Assembly: GCA_947625625.1 (NCBI GenBank)
Contig: CANQPC010000001.1
Coordinates: forward strand, 25,258 to 89,257
Length of the DNA: 64,000 bases
Source: an uncultured Bacilli bacterium
GTDB taxonomy: Bacteria > Bacillota_I > Bacilli_A > RF39 > UBA660
Direction of reading: 5' to 3'
How positions within the stretch are numbered: the first letter of the stretch is position 1; every line of letters begins with the position of its first letter. The notes beneath the pieces are model-generated. The model worked only from the letters and a program-made list of their open reading frames with translations, did no database searches and was not told the origin of the DNA. A program made the position numbers and the translations under genes. Positions 40,437 to 49,564 of the stretch are shown piece after piece.

Positions 40437-41018
40437 TTATTTATAAAATGGCAATTTTTATAGTTAACTTTATGTCTTAGGTCAAGTAGGATTTCCCTCT
40501 TTTCTACATTTCGTTACCAAAATGCGGTTCCCCTTTAAAGAAAAGAATATATTGTTACCAGATATATGACTTGATTACCACTTAGTACATACTGTAATCC
40601 TATAAAAATGTCACTCTAGGAGATTTCCTCGAGCAATGAACTTACTATTAGTTCTCTTTTGCAACGATGGTTTCAAATTGCAATATTAAGTAAAGTTAGC
40701 TAAGCTTTATTTAACTGAATCAATTATTCCCCATAATCACGCAAGACAAGCTACGCTACTCGCAAGTTTCCCCGCCTAGTAGGTTTAATCCTAGTTCGCA
40801 TCATGCCTCTTATCGCAAAATGCAAAGATAGGTCTCCACGAATATTGGAACAGAATCATATGCCATTATGAGTGCCCAATAATCTACCTTCCAGCATCCA
40901 CCCTAAACTGGGCGTATAAAGCAGACACAAGAAGTTTCACAGGTGTGCTCTTTAGTGAGTTTTTAGGCTCACCTTCATAGTAAGCTTTAATTGACTAGAA
41001 TAATGTGCCATCAATATG
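40437..41018 (-). ncRNA. ~600-nt highly structured non-coding transcript; candidate OLE-like (ornate large extremophilic) RNA or other large ornate ncRNA
   Basis: No ORF >=60 aa in any frame across ~800 bp; GC noticeably higher than flanking DNA; many local hairpins (e.g. CUAGGAUUAAACCUACUAG, GGUGAGCC..CUCAC); bounded by consensus promoter and intrinsic terminator on the minus strand. Confidence 0.45.
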
Positions 41019-41024
41019 TCATTA

Positions 41025-41053
41025 ATTGTAACATAAAAAAGATAAAATGTCAA
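41025..41053 (-). promoter_or_regulatory. Consensus sigma-A promoter on minus strand: -35 TTGACA, 17-bp spacer, -10 TACAAT
   Basis: Reverse complement of 41048..41053 = TTGACA; of 41025..41030 = TACAAT. Confidence 0.5.
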
Positions 41054-41113
41054 ATTTGTGTCAAGTTTTTTAAGTTATTACTACAATAGTATTATATGAT
41101 TAAATATTTGATT

Positions 41114-41148
41114 CTTGACATAGAATTTGAATATTGATATTATATATT
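41114..41148 (+). promoter_or_regulatory. Sigma-A type promoter TTGACA-17-TATTAT for GH3 gene
   Basis: Sequence match. Confidence 0.4.
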
Positions 41149-41206
41149 TAGTTAATAGGAATAATAGTTATGAATATAAAATATATTTTATTACGAGGTG
41201 ATTTAA

Positions 41207-42604
41207 TTGAAGTTTAATGTTAATACAAAAACGATTATATATGGTATTAGTTTTTTTGTGTTATTAGTAATTTTTGGTTTATCAATATATTTTTCTTCGA
41301 GTGGCAATGGTAATTCCGAGCTTGAAGTACAAATACTAGAGGGAACAGTAGTCAGTGCTAACGAGGGATTATTTACAGTTGTTGATGATAGTGAAACTGA
41401 GTATACTTTTAATGATGAGGAAGTTGATACTTTAGAGGGAGACGAAATAGTAATTAAGTATACTGGTAAATTAGATGAGAGTAAAGACATTCAAGATGTT
41501 GTCATAGTTGATTACGTGTCGATGGCGGTAAGTAAGAATGATGATGAGAAAGTTCTTCCTACTAAGTATAATGATAAAGGTATTTTTAGTGATTATTATG
41601 ATATGGCATATAAGAAACTTAAGGAAATGTCTTTAGATGAAAAAATAGGACAATTATTACTTGTCAGGTATCCTGATAGTGATGGGGTAGGTGTACTTAA
41701 AAAATATGGTTTTGGTGGATATGTGTTCTTTGGAAAAGATTTTACTAATAAAACGAAAGATGAAGTTCAAAAGATGATGAAAGAGTTACAAGATGTAAGT
41801 AAAATACCTATTTTGACCGCTACTGACGAAGAGGGAGGAGATGTCGTCAGAGTAAGTAACAATAGTAAACTTGCTTCAGAAAAATTTAAGTCTTCTAGTG
41901 AGATATATAAAGAGGGAGGACTTACGGCGATAGCAGATGATACGAAAAATAAAAGTAAATTACTTGAGGAATTAGGTATTAATTTGAATTTAGCTCCAGT
42001 GGTGGATGTGTCTACAAGTGCTGGCGATTATATGTATAGTAGAGCTCTTAAGGAAAATGCAGAGATTACTAGTCAATATGCTAAAACGGTAATTGAAGCA
42101 AGTAAAGGAACGGGAGTATCATATACTTTAAAACATTTTCCGGGATATGGAAATAATGCTGATACTCATAGTAGTAGTGCCACTGATTCGAGGAGTTTAG
42201 AAGATATTAAGAAAAATGATTTGCCTCCATTTGAAGCAGGTATAAAGGCAGGAGCAGAAGCGGTACTAGTTAGTCATAATACAGTGACGAGTATCGATCC
42301 TAATAATCCAGCTTCACTTTCTTCAAAAGTACATGATTTACTTCGAAATGATCTTGGATTTACAGGAGTAATTATGACGGATGACTTGGCTATGGGAGCT
42401 ACTTCTTCGATTGGAGATGCCGTAGTGAAAGCGGTAATGGCCGGTAATAATTTAATTATGGTTACGGATTATGAAAGCAGTTACAATGCACTTAAAAAAG
42501 CAGTAGGTGATGGAACGATAAGTGAAGATGATATCGATAATCTTATCTTTAAAGTAATTGCTTGGAAATATTACAAGGGACTTATGCTCAAAGGGCAAAA
42601 ATAA
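41207..42604 (+). CDS. Glycoside hydrolase family 3 beta-N-acetylhexosaminidase (NagZ-like) with N-terminal membrane anchor
   Basis: GH3 N-domain motifs (KHFPGYG, D-dyad region); TTG start after GAGGTGA RBS. Confidence 0.75.
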   Translation: MKFNVNTKTIIYGISFFVLLVIFGLSIYFSSSGNGNSELEVQILEGTVVSANEGLFTVVDDSETEYTFNDEEVDTLEGDEIVIKYTGKLDESKDIQDVVIVDYVSMAVSKNDDEKVLPTKYNDKGIFSDYYDMAYKKLKEMSLDEKIGQLLLVRYPDSDGVGVLKKYGFGGYVFFGKDFTNKTKDEVQKMMKELQDVSKIPILTATDEEGGDVVRVSNNSKLASEKFKSSSEIYKEGGLTAIADDTKNKSKLLEELGINLNLAPVVDVSTSAGDYMYSRALKENAEITSQYAKTVIEASKGTGVSYTLKHFPGYGNNADTHSSSATDSRSLEDIKKNDLPPFEAGIKAGAEAVLVSHNTVTSIDPNNPASLSSKVHDLLRNDLGFTGVIMTDDLAMGATSSIGDAVVKAVMAGNNLIMVTDYESSYNALKKAVGDGTISEDDIDNLIFKVIAWKYYKGLMLKGQK

Positions 42605-42638
42605 AAATACTAGTCATATTTGATTAGTATTTTTTTGA
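42605..42638 (+). terminator. Rho-independent terminator (AATACTAGTCA-TATT-TGATTAGTATT + T7)
   Basis: Hairpin + T-run; near-identical to hairpin at 48006..48031. Confidence 0.55.
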
Positions 42639-42733
42639 AGATTTATACACTCTTTAAAAAGAAAGTAAACCATAGGTATATTTAAAAATTGATATATAGT
42701 TATTATAATTTTTTTAGAAAGGAGTTAAGAATT

Positions 42734-43240
42734 ATGAATCAAGAAAAAATAGGTAAATTTATTGCTAATATGCGAAAAGCAAAAAAATTAACACAGGAAG
42801 AACTTTCTGAAAAACTTGGTATTACTAAAAATGCAGTAAGTAAATGGGAAAGAGGTCTATGTTTAATGGATATGTCGCTACTTAGGCCACTAAGTGAGAT
42901 TTTAGGAGTAAGTATCAATGAAATACTATCAGGAGAAAAGATAGAAAATAACGATATTGAAGAAAAGAGTGAAGAAAATATCATCAAATTAACTGAATTA
43001 GTAAATTTAAAGACGATGAAATATGGGATTATGGGAATGACTATTTTATTTATAATTTTAATTTTGATTTCATTTTTAAAAAGTATGTCGCCATTTGCTT
43101 TAGTTAGTTTAATATGTGCATATAATGGAGTAACATTTTTAAGTAGATATAAAATAAAAAAAGATAAAAATGATCTATTTGCTGGTGTAATGTTTTTTAT
43201 TGCGGTTATATGTAATACTTTTGCTTTTATAATATCTTAA
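42734..43240 (+). CDS. XRE-family HTH transcriptional regulator with C-terminal 3-TM domain
   Basis: HTH_3 (QEELSEKLGITKNAVSKWERG) then TM helices; GAAAGGAG RBS before ATG 42734. Confidence 0.6.
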   Translation: MNQEKIGKFIANMRKAKKLTQEELSEKLGITKNAVSKWERGLCLMDMSLLRPLSEILGVSINEILSGEKIENNDIEEKSEENIIKLTELVNLKTMKYGIMGMTILFIILILISFLKSMSPFALVSLICAYNGVTFLSRYKIKKDKNDLFAGVMFFIAVICNTFAFIIS

Positions 43241-43351
43241 TAAAATGATTTAGATTATCAGGTTAAAATGATAATCTTTTTTTTGTTGACTTTTTTTTAA
43301 ATATATTATATTATTGTATTAAGCAAGTAATACAGTCAGAAAGGAGCTATT

Positions 43352-43711
43352 ATGAATTTTGTATTTGATAATGATAGGCCTATATATATTCAGCTAGTGG
43401 AACAATTAGAAATATATATTATATCGGGAAAAATAAAATCGGGTGGGAAATTGCCATCTGTTAGAGAACTTGCTCTAAAAACAAAAGTAAACCCTAATAC
43501 AATGCAAAAAGCACTTGTAGAACTAGAAGATTTAAAACTTATCTATACGGAAAGAACAAACGGGAAATATGTTACTAAAGACCAGAAATTACTAGATAAA
43601 TTTAAAGATAAATATGCCAAAGATAAAACACAAAAATATATAGATGATATGAAGGAATTAGGATTTGAAAAAAGTGAAATAGTTGAGTTTTTAAAGGAGG
43701 AGAGTATTTAA
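43352..43711 (+). CDS. GntR-family (YtrA-like) transcriptional regulator
   Basis: IYIQLVEQLEIYIISGKIKSGGKLPSVRELA winged-helix GntR signature; ~120 aa short YtrA type. Confidence 0.7.
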   Translation: MNFVFDNDRPIYIQLVEQLEIYIISGKIKSGGKLPSVRELALKTKVNPNTMQKALVELEDLKLIYTERTNGKYVTKDQKLLDKFKDKYAKDKTQKYIDDMKELGFEKSEIVEFLKEESI

Positions 43712-44406
43712 TGAAATTACTAGAGTGTAAACATGTTTATAAAAGTTTTGATAAGAAAGAGGTTTTAAAAGATATTAACTTAAAGATACCAAAAGGAAAA
43801 ATTATAGGATTACTAGGAAAAAATGGTATGGGAAAAACAACTTTAATTAAACTTATCAATGATTTGCTTACTCCAACTAGTGGAGAGATTTTGATAAATG
43901 GAAAAGAAATAGGTATCGATAGTAAGAAAATAATTTCTTATTTACCTGAGAGAACTTATTTAGATAAAAGTATGACAATTAAGCAAACTTTTAAATTCTT
44001 TTCTGAATTTTATGATGACTTTGATATAGAAAAAGCAAAAAGGTTAATAGAAGATTTAGATTTGGAAATAGATACTAAAATTTCTAAAATGAGTAAGGGG
44101 ATGCAAGAGAAGTTACAGCTTATACTTGTTATGTCAAGAAATGCTGAACTCTATATATTAGATGAACCTTTAGGTGGAGTTGATCCTGCGACAAGAGATT
44201 ATATATTAGATACTATTTTAAATAATTTTAATGAAAAAGCTAGCGTACTTATTTCGACACATCTTATCGGTGACATAGAGAGAATATTAGATGAAGTAAT
44301 ATTTATCGATAAGGGTAAAATAATACTTTCGAGTGATGCCGATAAGTTAAGAGAAAAAGAAAAGGGTTCTATTGATGAAATATTTAGGAGGATGTTCAAA
44401 TGTTAG
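43711..44406 (+). CDS. ABC transporter ATP-binding protein
   Basis: Walker A GKNGMGKTT, signature MSKGMQEKL, Walker B LYILDEP. Confidence 0.85.
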   Translation: MKLLECKHVYKSFDKKEVLKDINLKIPKGKIIGLLGKNGMGKTTLIKLINDLLTPTSGEILINGKEIGIDSKKIISYLPERTYLDKSMTIKQTFKFFSEFYDDFDIEKAKRLIEDLDLEIDTKISKMSKGMQEKLQLILVMSRNAELYILDEPLGGVDPATRDYILDTILNNFNEKASVLISTHLIGDIERILDEVIFIDKGKIILSSDADKLREKEKGSIDEIFRRMFKC

Positions 44407-45188
44407 GTAAATGTTTAAAATATGATTTAAAATATGTTTATAAGCTTTTAATAGTATTCTATTTAATTGATATTGTATTTGCTTGCCTTACGAGAATTTT
44501 TTTTGGATTTGATAATTCATCTATTTTAAAAATTTTAGGTTATATTGCAAGTAGTACTACTATCAGTTTTATGTTTAGTATAATTATAAATAATCTAATA
44601 AGGGTATGGGCTAGATTTGTTAAAAATATATATGGAGATGAGTCTTATTTAACACATACTCTACCTATAAATAAGAGGACGATTTATACTTCTAAATTTT
44701 TATCTTCATCTATTACAATGCTTACTAGTGTATTGGTTATATTACTATGTGTGGTTATTGCTTATTATTCAAAAGAAAATTTAGAGGTTGTAAAAAATAC
44801 GTTACAGTTTTTTGCAACAACTATGAATAGCACAACTATAAAGGTAGTTCTTACAGCTTTCTTTGTTATCTTTTTAGAATTTACTACAGTATTACAAGCT
44901 GGTTTTACTGGATTATTATTAGGACATAGGGCAAATAATTATAAAATGGCTAAATCTATATTTTATGGTTTTTTAAACTATATATTTGTCGTAGCTATTT
45001 CAGTTTTAGTTATCTATATTATTGGTCTATTTAATCCAAATATTATGGCTTTATTTAGTTCAAATACTCTTACTGTCGATATAGTAAGACAGGCACTAAT
45101 TTTGGGAATATGTTTGTATATAGTATTAATTAGTATCTATTATTATATAAATATAAAGATTTTTAGAATGGGTGTCAATGTTGATTAG
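44400..45188 (+). CDS. ABC-2-like membrane permease (hypothetical)
   Basis: 6 TM helices; operon position after GntR-ABC ATPase (ytrABC-like). Confidence 0.5.
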   Translation: MLGKCLKYDLKYVYKLLIVFYLIDIVFACLTRIFFGFDNSSILKILGYIASSTTISFMFSIIINNLIRVWARFVKNIYGDESYLTHTLPINKRTIYTSKFLSSSITMLTSVLVILLCVVIAYYSKENLEVVKNTLQFFATTMNSTTIKVVLTAFFVIFLEFTTVLQAGFTGLLLGHRANNYKMAKSIFYGFLNYIFVVAISVLVIYIIGLFNPNIMALFSSNTLTVDIVRQALILGICLYIVLISIYYYINIKIFRMGVNVD

Positions 45189-45405
45189 TTAGATAAATTA
45201 TAATCTATGAATGCATATAATTTATTGTTTTTCATAGTATAATATGGGAAAGAAAAATCTTACAAAAAATTAAAATTTGTGCTATAATTTATTTGTTAAG
45301 CAAAAGATATTAAGTCAATTTTATCAATGAGTAGCAAAAATGCGTAAGTCCAATTGAAGAGGGGCTTACGTATTTTTATGTTTAAAAATTAAAGGAGGAA
45401 TTTTT

Positions 45406-47424
45406 GTGAAAGAACTTGATTTGGAAAATGGTAAAATTTCTAAATTGATTAAAAAATTTGCTATACCATGTGTTATTAGTATGATTGTTGCTGCGCTTTA
45501 CAATATTGTCGATCAAATATTTATAGGGTGGAGTGATGCTGGTTCTTTTGGAAATGCTGCGACAAATATTGTCTATCCGTTTACTGTTATTGCTCTTGCT
45601 TTTGCTCTACTTATTGGTGATGGTTCTGCTGCTCTATTTAATTTGTCATTGGGAGCGAAAAATAAAGAAAAGACTAGTAAATCTATTGGTAATGGATTGA
45701 TACTTTTAGTAATTGTATCGATTATACTTACTATTTTGGGACTTGTTTTTAATAAGCAAATATTGAATATTTTTGGTGGTAATCCTAAGGAAGTTCAATG
45801 TTATCAGTATGCTAAAGATTATTTGAGGATTATCTGCTATGGATTACCTTTCTATATTATAGGACAAGGGTTAAATGCTTCGATAAGAAGTGATGGTAGT
45901 CCTAAATATGCGATGATGGCAACTGTCGTCGGAGCAGTATCTAATATTATTTTAGATCCAATATTTATATTTGTTTTTAAGATGAGTGTTAAAGGGGCCG
46001 CTATGGCAACTATTATAGGGCAGATACTTACTTTTATAATTAGTATCTTGTATTTTAGAAAGGCGAAATCTTTTAAGATAAATAAAGAATCAATTAAACT
46101 AAATAGGGAAATATGTAAACAATTAATGTCTTTAGGGTTAGCTTCTTTGATTACTCAGCTTGCAATAGTAATTATAATAGCGGTTACTAATAACTTAATT
46201 GGTAAGTATGGTTATATGACAATATCTAGTTCTGGAGTAGCATATGGCGTTGTAACGCCACTTGCTGTTATTGGAATATGTATGAAGGTATTTGGCATCG
46301 TCATATCTATAGTTATTGGTGTTTCTTTAGGAGGTATGCCTATTATTGGCTATAATAGGGGTGCTGGTAATATTAGGAGAGTAAAAGAGACAGTTAGATA
46401 TATTTTAATAATAAATTTATTGATTGGCTTATTTGCTTTTGGGTTATTTGAACTTTTTCCGACTCTTATTATTAATATTTTTGGAAGTGGAAATTCTTTT
46501 GAATATTTGGAATATGCTAAATACTGTTTGAGAATATTTTTAAGTGGTATTATGCTTACTTGTATAGTTAAATCTTTATCGATATTATTACAATCGATGG
46601 GTTCTAGTTTTAAATCGACATTACTTGCTCTTGCTAGAGATGTTATCTTTTTTGTTCCAGCCATTGTAATAATTGCCTCATTAAGTCATAGCGTTATTAC
46701 AATGTTATGGAGTGCTTTAATAGCAGATGTCTTATCTTTTATTACAGGAATAATACTATTGAAAAAGGAATTTAGTAAAAGTGAAAAAGTAAGTGAAGAA
46801 GATGAAATAGAGGGGCAAGGACAAAATAGTGATAAATTGTTACTTAAAAATAAAGTTATTATAACTATTTCTAGAGAGTATGGTTCTGGCGGACATTTTG
46901 TTGGAAAGTTACTTGCCGAGAAGCTTGGTATTAAGTTTTATGATAAAGAAATTATTAATTTGACCGCTAAAGAATATGGGTATAGTAGAAAATATATTTT
47001 AGATAATGAAGAGAAGAATTTTAAGACAAGTATGTTCTACAATAATGATGATAAACTATTTGCAAGTGAATCTAAAGTAATAGAGGCTCTTGCTAAGAAA
47101 GATTCTTGTGTTATTGTTGGTAGATGTGCTGATTATATTTTACGAAATAATAAATATTTAGTTAGAATATTTTTATATTCAGATGTCGATTCGAAAATTA
47201 AGAGAGCAGTTAAATATTATGGATTAAATGAAAAAAATGCTCTAAAAGAAATAAATAAGGTAAACAAGCAAAGAGCTAAATATTATAATTATTTTACTAA
47301 TGGTGTTTGGAATTCTTATGAAAATTATGATATGGTTATTAACGTCGATAAATTAGGCGTAGAAGAGACGGCTGAAATAATTAAAAATATTGTTATTACT
47401 GAAGATAGGAAAGGTAGGAGATAG
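45406..47424 (+). CDS. MATE efflux transporter fused to C-terminal cytidylate-kinase-like domain
   Basis: N-terminal ~450 aa: 12-TM MATE/NorM pattern; C-terminal ~200 aa: ISREYGSGGHFVGKLLAEKLGIKFYDKEII..IVGRCADYIL.. matches the cytidylate kinase-like family; single uninterrupted ORF; GTG start with AAAGGAGG RBS. Confidence 0.65.
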   Translation: MKELDLENGKISKLIKKFAIPCVISMIVAALYNIVDQIFIGWSDAGSFGNAATNIVYPFTVIALAFALLIGDGSAALFNLSLGAKNKEKTSKSIGNGLILLVIVSIILTILGLVFNKQILNIFGGNPKEVQCYQYAKDYLRIICYGLPFYIIGQGLNASIRSDGSPKYAMMATVVGAVSNIILDPIFIFVFKMSVKGAAMATIIGQILTFIISILYFRKAKSFKINKESIKLNREICKQLMSLGLASLITQLAIVIIIAVTNNLIGKYGYMTISSSGVAYGVVTPLAVIGICMKVFGIVISIVIGVSLGGMPIIGYNRGAGNIRRVKETVRYILIINLLIGLFAFGLFELFPTLIINIFGSGNSFEYLEYAKYCLRIFLSGIMLTCIVKSLSILLQSMGSSFKSTLLALARDVIFFVPAIVIIASLSHSVITMLWSALIADVLSFITGIILLKKEFSKSEKVSEEDEIEGQGQNSDKLLLKNKVIITISREYGSGGHFVGKLLAEKLGIKFYDKEIINLTAKEYGYSRKYILDNEEKNFKTSMFYNNDDKLFASESKVIEALAKKDSCVIVGRCADYILRNNKYLVRIFLYSDVDSKIKRAVKYYGLNEKNALKEINKVNKQRAKYYNYFTNGVWNSYENYDMVINVDKLGVEETAEIIKNIVITEDRKGRR

Positions 47425-47426
47425 TT

Positions 47427-47924
47427 ATGTATAAAATAAATGATTATGTAATTTATAAAAGAGATGTGTGCAAAGTAGAAGACATAAGGAATAATAAAAT
47501 AAATGGGAAAGACTACTATATTTTAAAACCTATTGATGATGAGTCACTAATTATTGATGTTCCAGTAGATAATAGAATGGGCTATTTGAGGAGTATAATG
47601 AGTAAGGAGGAAGCTGACTCTCTGATTAATAATATTTGTAATATAGAGCCAATAGATAATATGGATGATAAGTATATAGAAAAAACGTATAAAGATATGT
47701 TATATAATGGTACACATGAGGATTTAATAAAAGTTATTAAAACGACATATTTAAGAAATGCTGATAGAATAAAAAATAATAGAAAAATAAGTGATAAAGA
47801 TAATGATTGTTTTAATAAAGCAGAAAAGTATTTATATAATGAACTTTCAATAGTTTATAATATGAATTTTGATGAAACAAAGAATTATATTATTCGTAAA
47901 GTACAAGAGCAAATAAACGAGTAA
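47427..47924 (+). CDS. CarD/CdnL/TRCF-domain family protein
   Basis: N-terminal YKINDYVIYKRDVCKVEDI...YYILKP resembles the CarD RNAP-interacting domain. Confidence 0.55.
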   Translation: MYKINDYVIYKRDVCKVEDIRNNKINGKDYYILKPIDDESLIIDVPVDNRMGYLRSIMSKEEADSLINNICNIEPIDNMDDKYIEKTYKDMLYNGTHEDLIKVIKTTYLRNADRIKNNRKISDKDNDCFNKAEKYLYNELSIVYNMNFDETKNYIIRKVQEQINE

Positions 47925-48000
47925 AGTAAAATGGCGTAGATGATAGTAGTATTGCTATGAGGTCAAGGCAAGAGATAATGGAAAAGATATAATAAATTTA

Positions 48001-48036
48001 TAAAAAATACTAATCGTGTTTGATTAGTATTTTTTC
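48001..48036. terminator. Bidirectional terminator (AATACTAATC-GTGTT-TGATTAGTATT)
   Basis: Perfect 10-bp stem flanked by A6 and T6; contains stop codon of minus-strand permease gene. Confidence 0.55.
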
Positions 48037-48810
48037 AATGTAGCTTACTACTTTATACATAATGATTGAAACGAGCATTAAGATGATGATTCCCGACATG
48101 ACAAGATTTAAGTTAAATACTTGTGAGCCATACATGATAAGATAGCCAATGCCTTCTTTGGAAACTAAAAATTCGCCCATGATAATTCCGATCAGAGACA
48201 TACTGATATTTATTTTGAGACTACTTATAATAGTAGGGTAACTACTTGGTAAAATAACCATTTTATATATTTGCCATTTACTAGCTTTAAATGATTTTAG
48301 TAAATTTATTTTGTTTTGGTCTGTTTCATTGAAACCATTATAGACTGTTATAATAGTTACGATAACAGAAATTAATAGGGCCATTATTATTATTGAGTTC
48401 ATGTTTGCTCCAAAAAAGATAATAATAATTGGTCCTAATGCTACTTTGGGAAGACTATTGATAACTGTTAAATAGGGATCAACTACTTTATAAATAAAAT
48501 TATTCCACCAGAGAATAGTAGCTATTACTATGCCAATTAGAGTTCCTAATCCAAAGCTTATTAATGTCTCATAGATAGTTATCCAAATGTGCTTGAAAAG
48601 ATTTCCTTGCTTATATAGACTTATGATTGTCGATATTATTTTACTAGGTGAAGATGAAATAAAAGTGTTTATTATTTCATACTTGGCTAATAATTCCCAT
48701 CCAACAATGAATATTATAAGAATTAGTAGTTGGGTTAGAATGATAAGAAATTTTCTTTTTTTTCTTTTTTTTAAATATTCTTTATGTTCGTTACTATACA
48801 TGAATATCAA
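48010..48810 (-). CDS. ABC transporter permease (SsuC/TauC/NrtB-like)
   Basis: 6 TM, binding-protein-dependent permease signature. Confidence 0.8.
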   Translation of the reverse strand: MIFMYSNEHKEYLKKRKKRKFLIILTQLLILIIFIVGWELLAKYEIINTFISSSPSKIISTIISLYKQGNLFKHIWITIYETLISFGLGTLIGIVIATILWWNNFIYKVVDPYLTVINSLPKVALGPIIIIFFGANMNSIIIMALLISVIVTIITVYNGFNETDQNKINLLKSFKASKWQIYKMVILPSSYPTIISSLKINISMSLIGIIMGEFLVSKEGIGYLIMYGSQVFNLNLVMSGIIILMLVSIIMYKVVSYIEKILIKHD

Positions 48811-49564
48811 TGTCCTTCCATATCATGTCATAGTATTTATTGAAGTCTTTACATTTTCGATTATTAATTGGAGTAGTTTTATCATCCATTTCGATATCGT
48901 ATATTTTTTTTACTTTAGATGGTCTACTTGTTAAGACGATAACACGATCTGCCATCGTTAAAGCTTCGGCAATATCGTGAGTTATCATGATAGTGGTTTT
49001 TCCTTCTTTTTTTATTATTTTCCAAACATCATCTGATACGGCTAGTCTAGTTTGATAGTCCAAAGCTGAGAAGGCTTCATCGAGAAGTAAAATATCGGGA
49101 TCAGTTGCAAGTGTTCTAATTAGAGCAACTCTCTGTCTCATACCGCCAGATAAATTTTTAGGATATTTTTTTATAAAGTCTTTTAAACCATAGTCTTCAA
49201 GCAATTTAATTACTTTATCTTCGTTTTCTTTAGTTAATTTTTTTTGTACTTTGAGGCCTAAAAGGCTATTATCTAAAATGGTTAGCCAAGGAAAGAGAGT
49301 GTCTTCTTGAAGCATGTAGCCTAATTTTAAATCTTTTTTAGGGAAAGCTATATTACCGGCTGATTTATTTTCAAGATTACATAAAATTGATAGTAGGGTA
49401 GATTTACCGCAACCAGAAGGACCTACTATGGCAACAAATTCTCCTTCCTTGATATTTAAGTTTAAATCTTTGATAGCTAGGGTTTCACCATCTTTAGAGT
49501 GATATATTTTAGTTAGATTTTCAATAACTAAAATATTATTTGAATTCTTCGAAGTATTCATCAT
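48794..49564 (-). CDS. ABC transporter ATP-binding protein (SsuB/TauB-like)
   Basis: Walker A GPSGCGKST, signature LSGGMRQRVA, Walker B LLLDEAFSALD. Confidence 0.85.
   Translation of the reverse strand: MMNTSKNSNNILVIENLTKIYHSKDGETLAIKDLNLNIKEGEFVAIVGPSGCGKSTLLSILCNLENKSAGNIAFPKKDLKLGYMLQEDTLFPWLTILDNSLLGLKVQKKLTKENEDKVIKLLEDYGLKDFIKKYPKNLSGGMRQRVALIRTLATDPDILLLDEAFSALDYQTRLAVSDDVWKIIKKEGKTTIMITHDIAEALTMADRVIVLTSRPSKVKKIYDIEMDDKTTPINNRKCKDFNKYYDMIWKDIDIHV

Noticed and set aside
40437-41018. Considered whether the large non-coding region is RNase P RNA, tmRNA, SRP RNA or 6S RNA
   Set aside because: No GGAAAGUCC / ACAGAAU-type RNase P motifs in either orientation; tmRNA is clearly located elsewhere (50739..51097); SRP RNA and 6S RNA are far shorter than ~600 nt and no SRP-like motif was recognised from memory; left as an OLE-like/unknown large ncRNA.
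45189-45405. Riboswitch upstream of the MATE fusion gene (guanidine/ykkC, fluoride)
   Set aside because: Only about 70 nt between the putative -10 and the terminator hairpin and no recognisable consensus motifs; reported only as a possible attenuator within the MATE finding.
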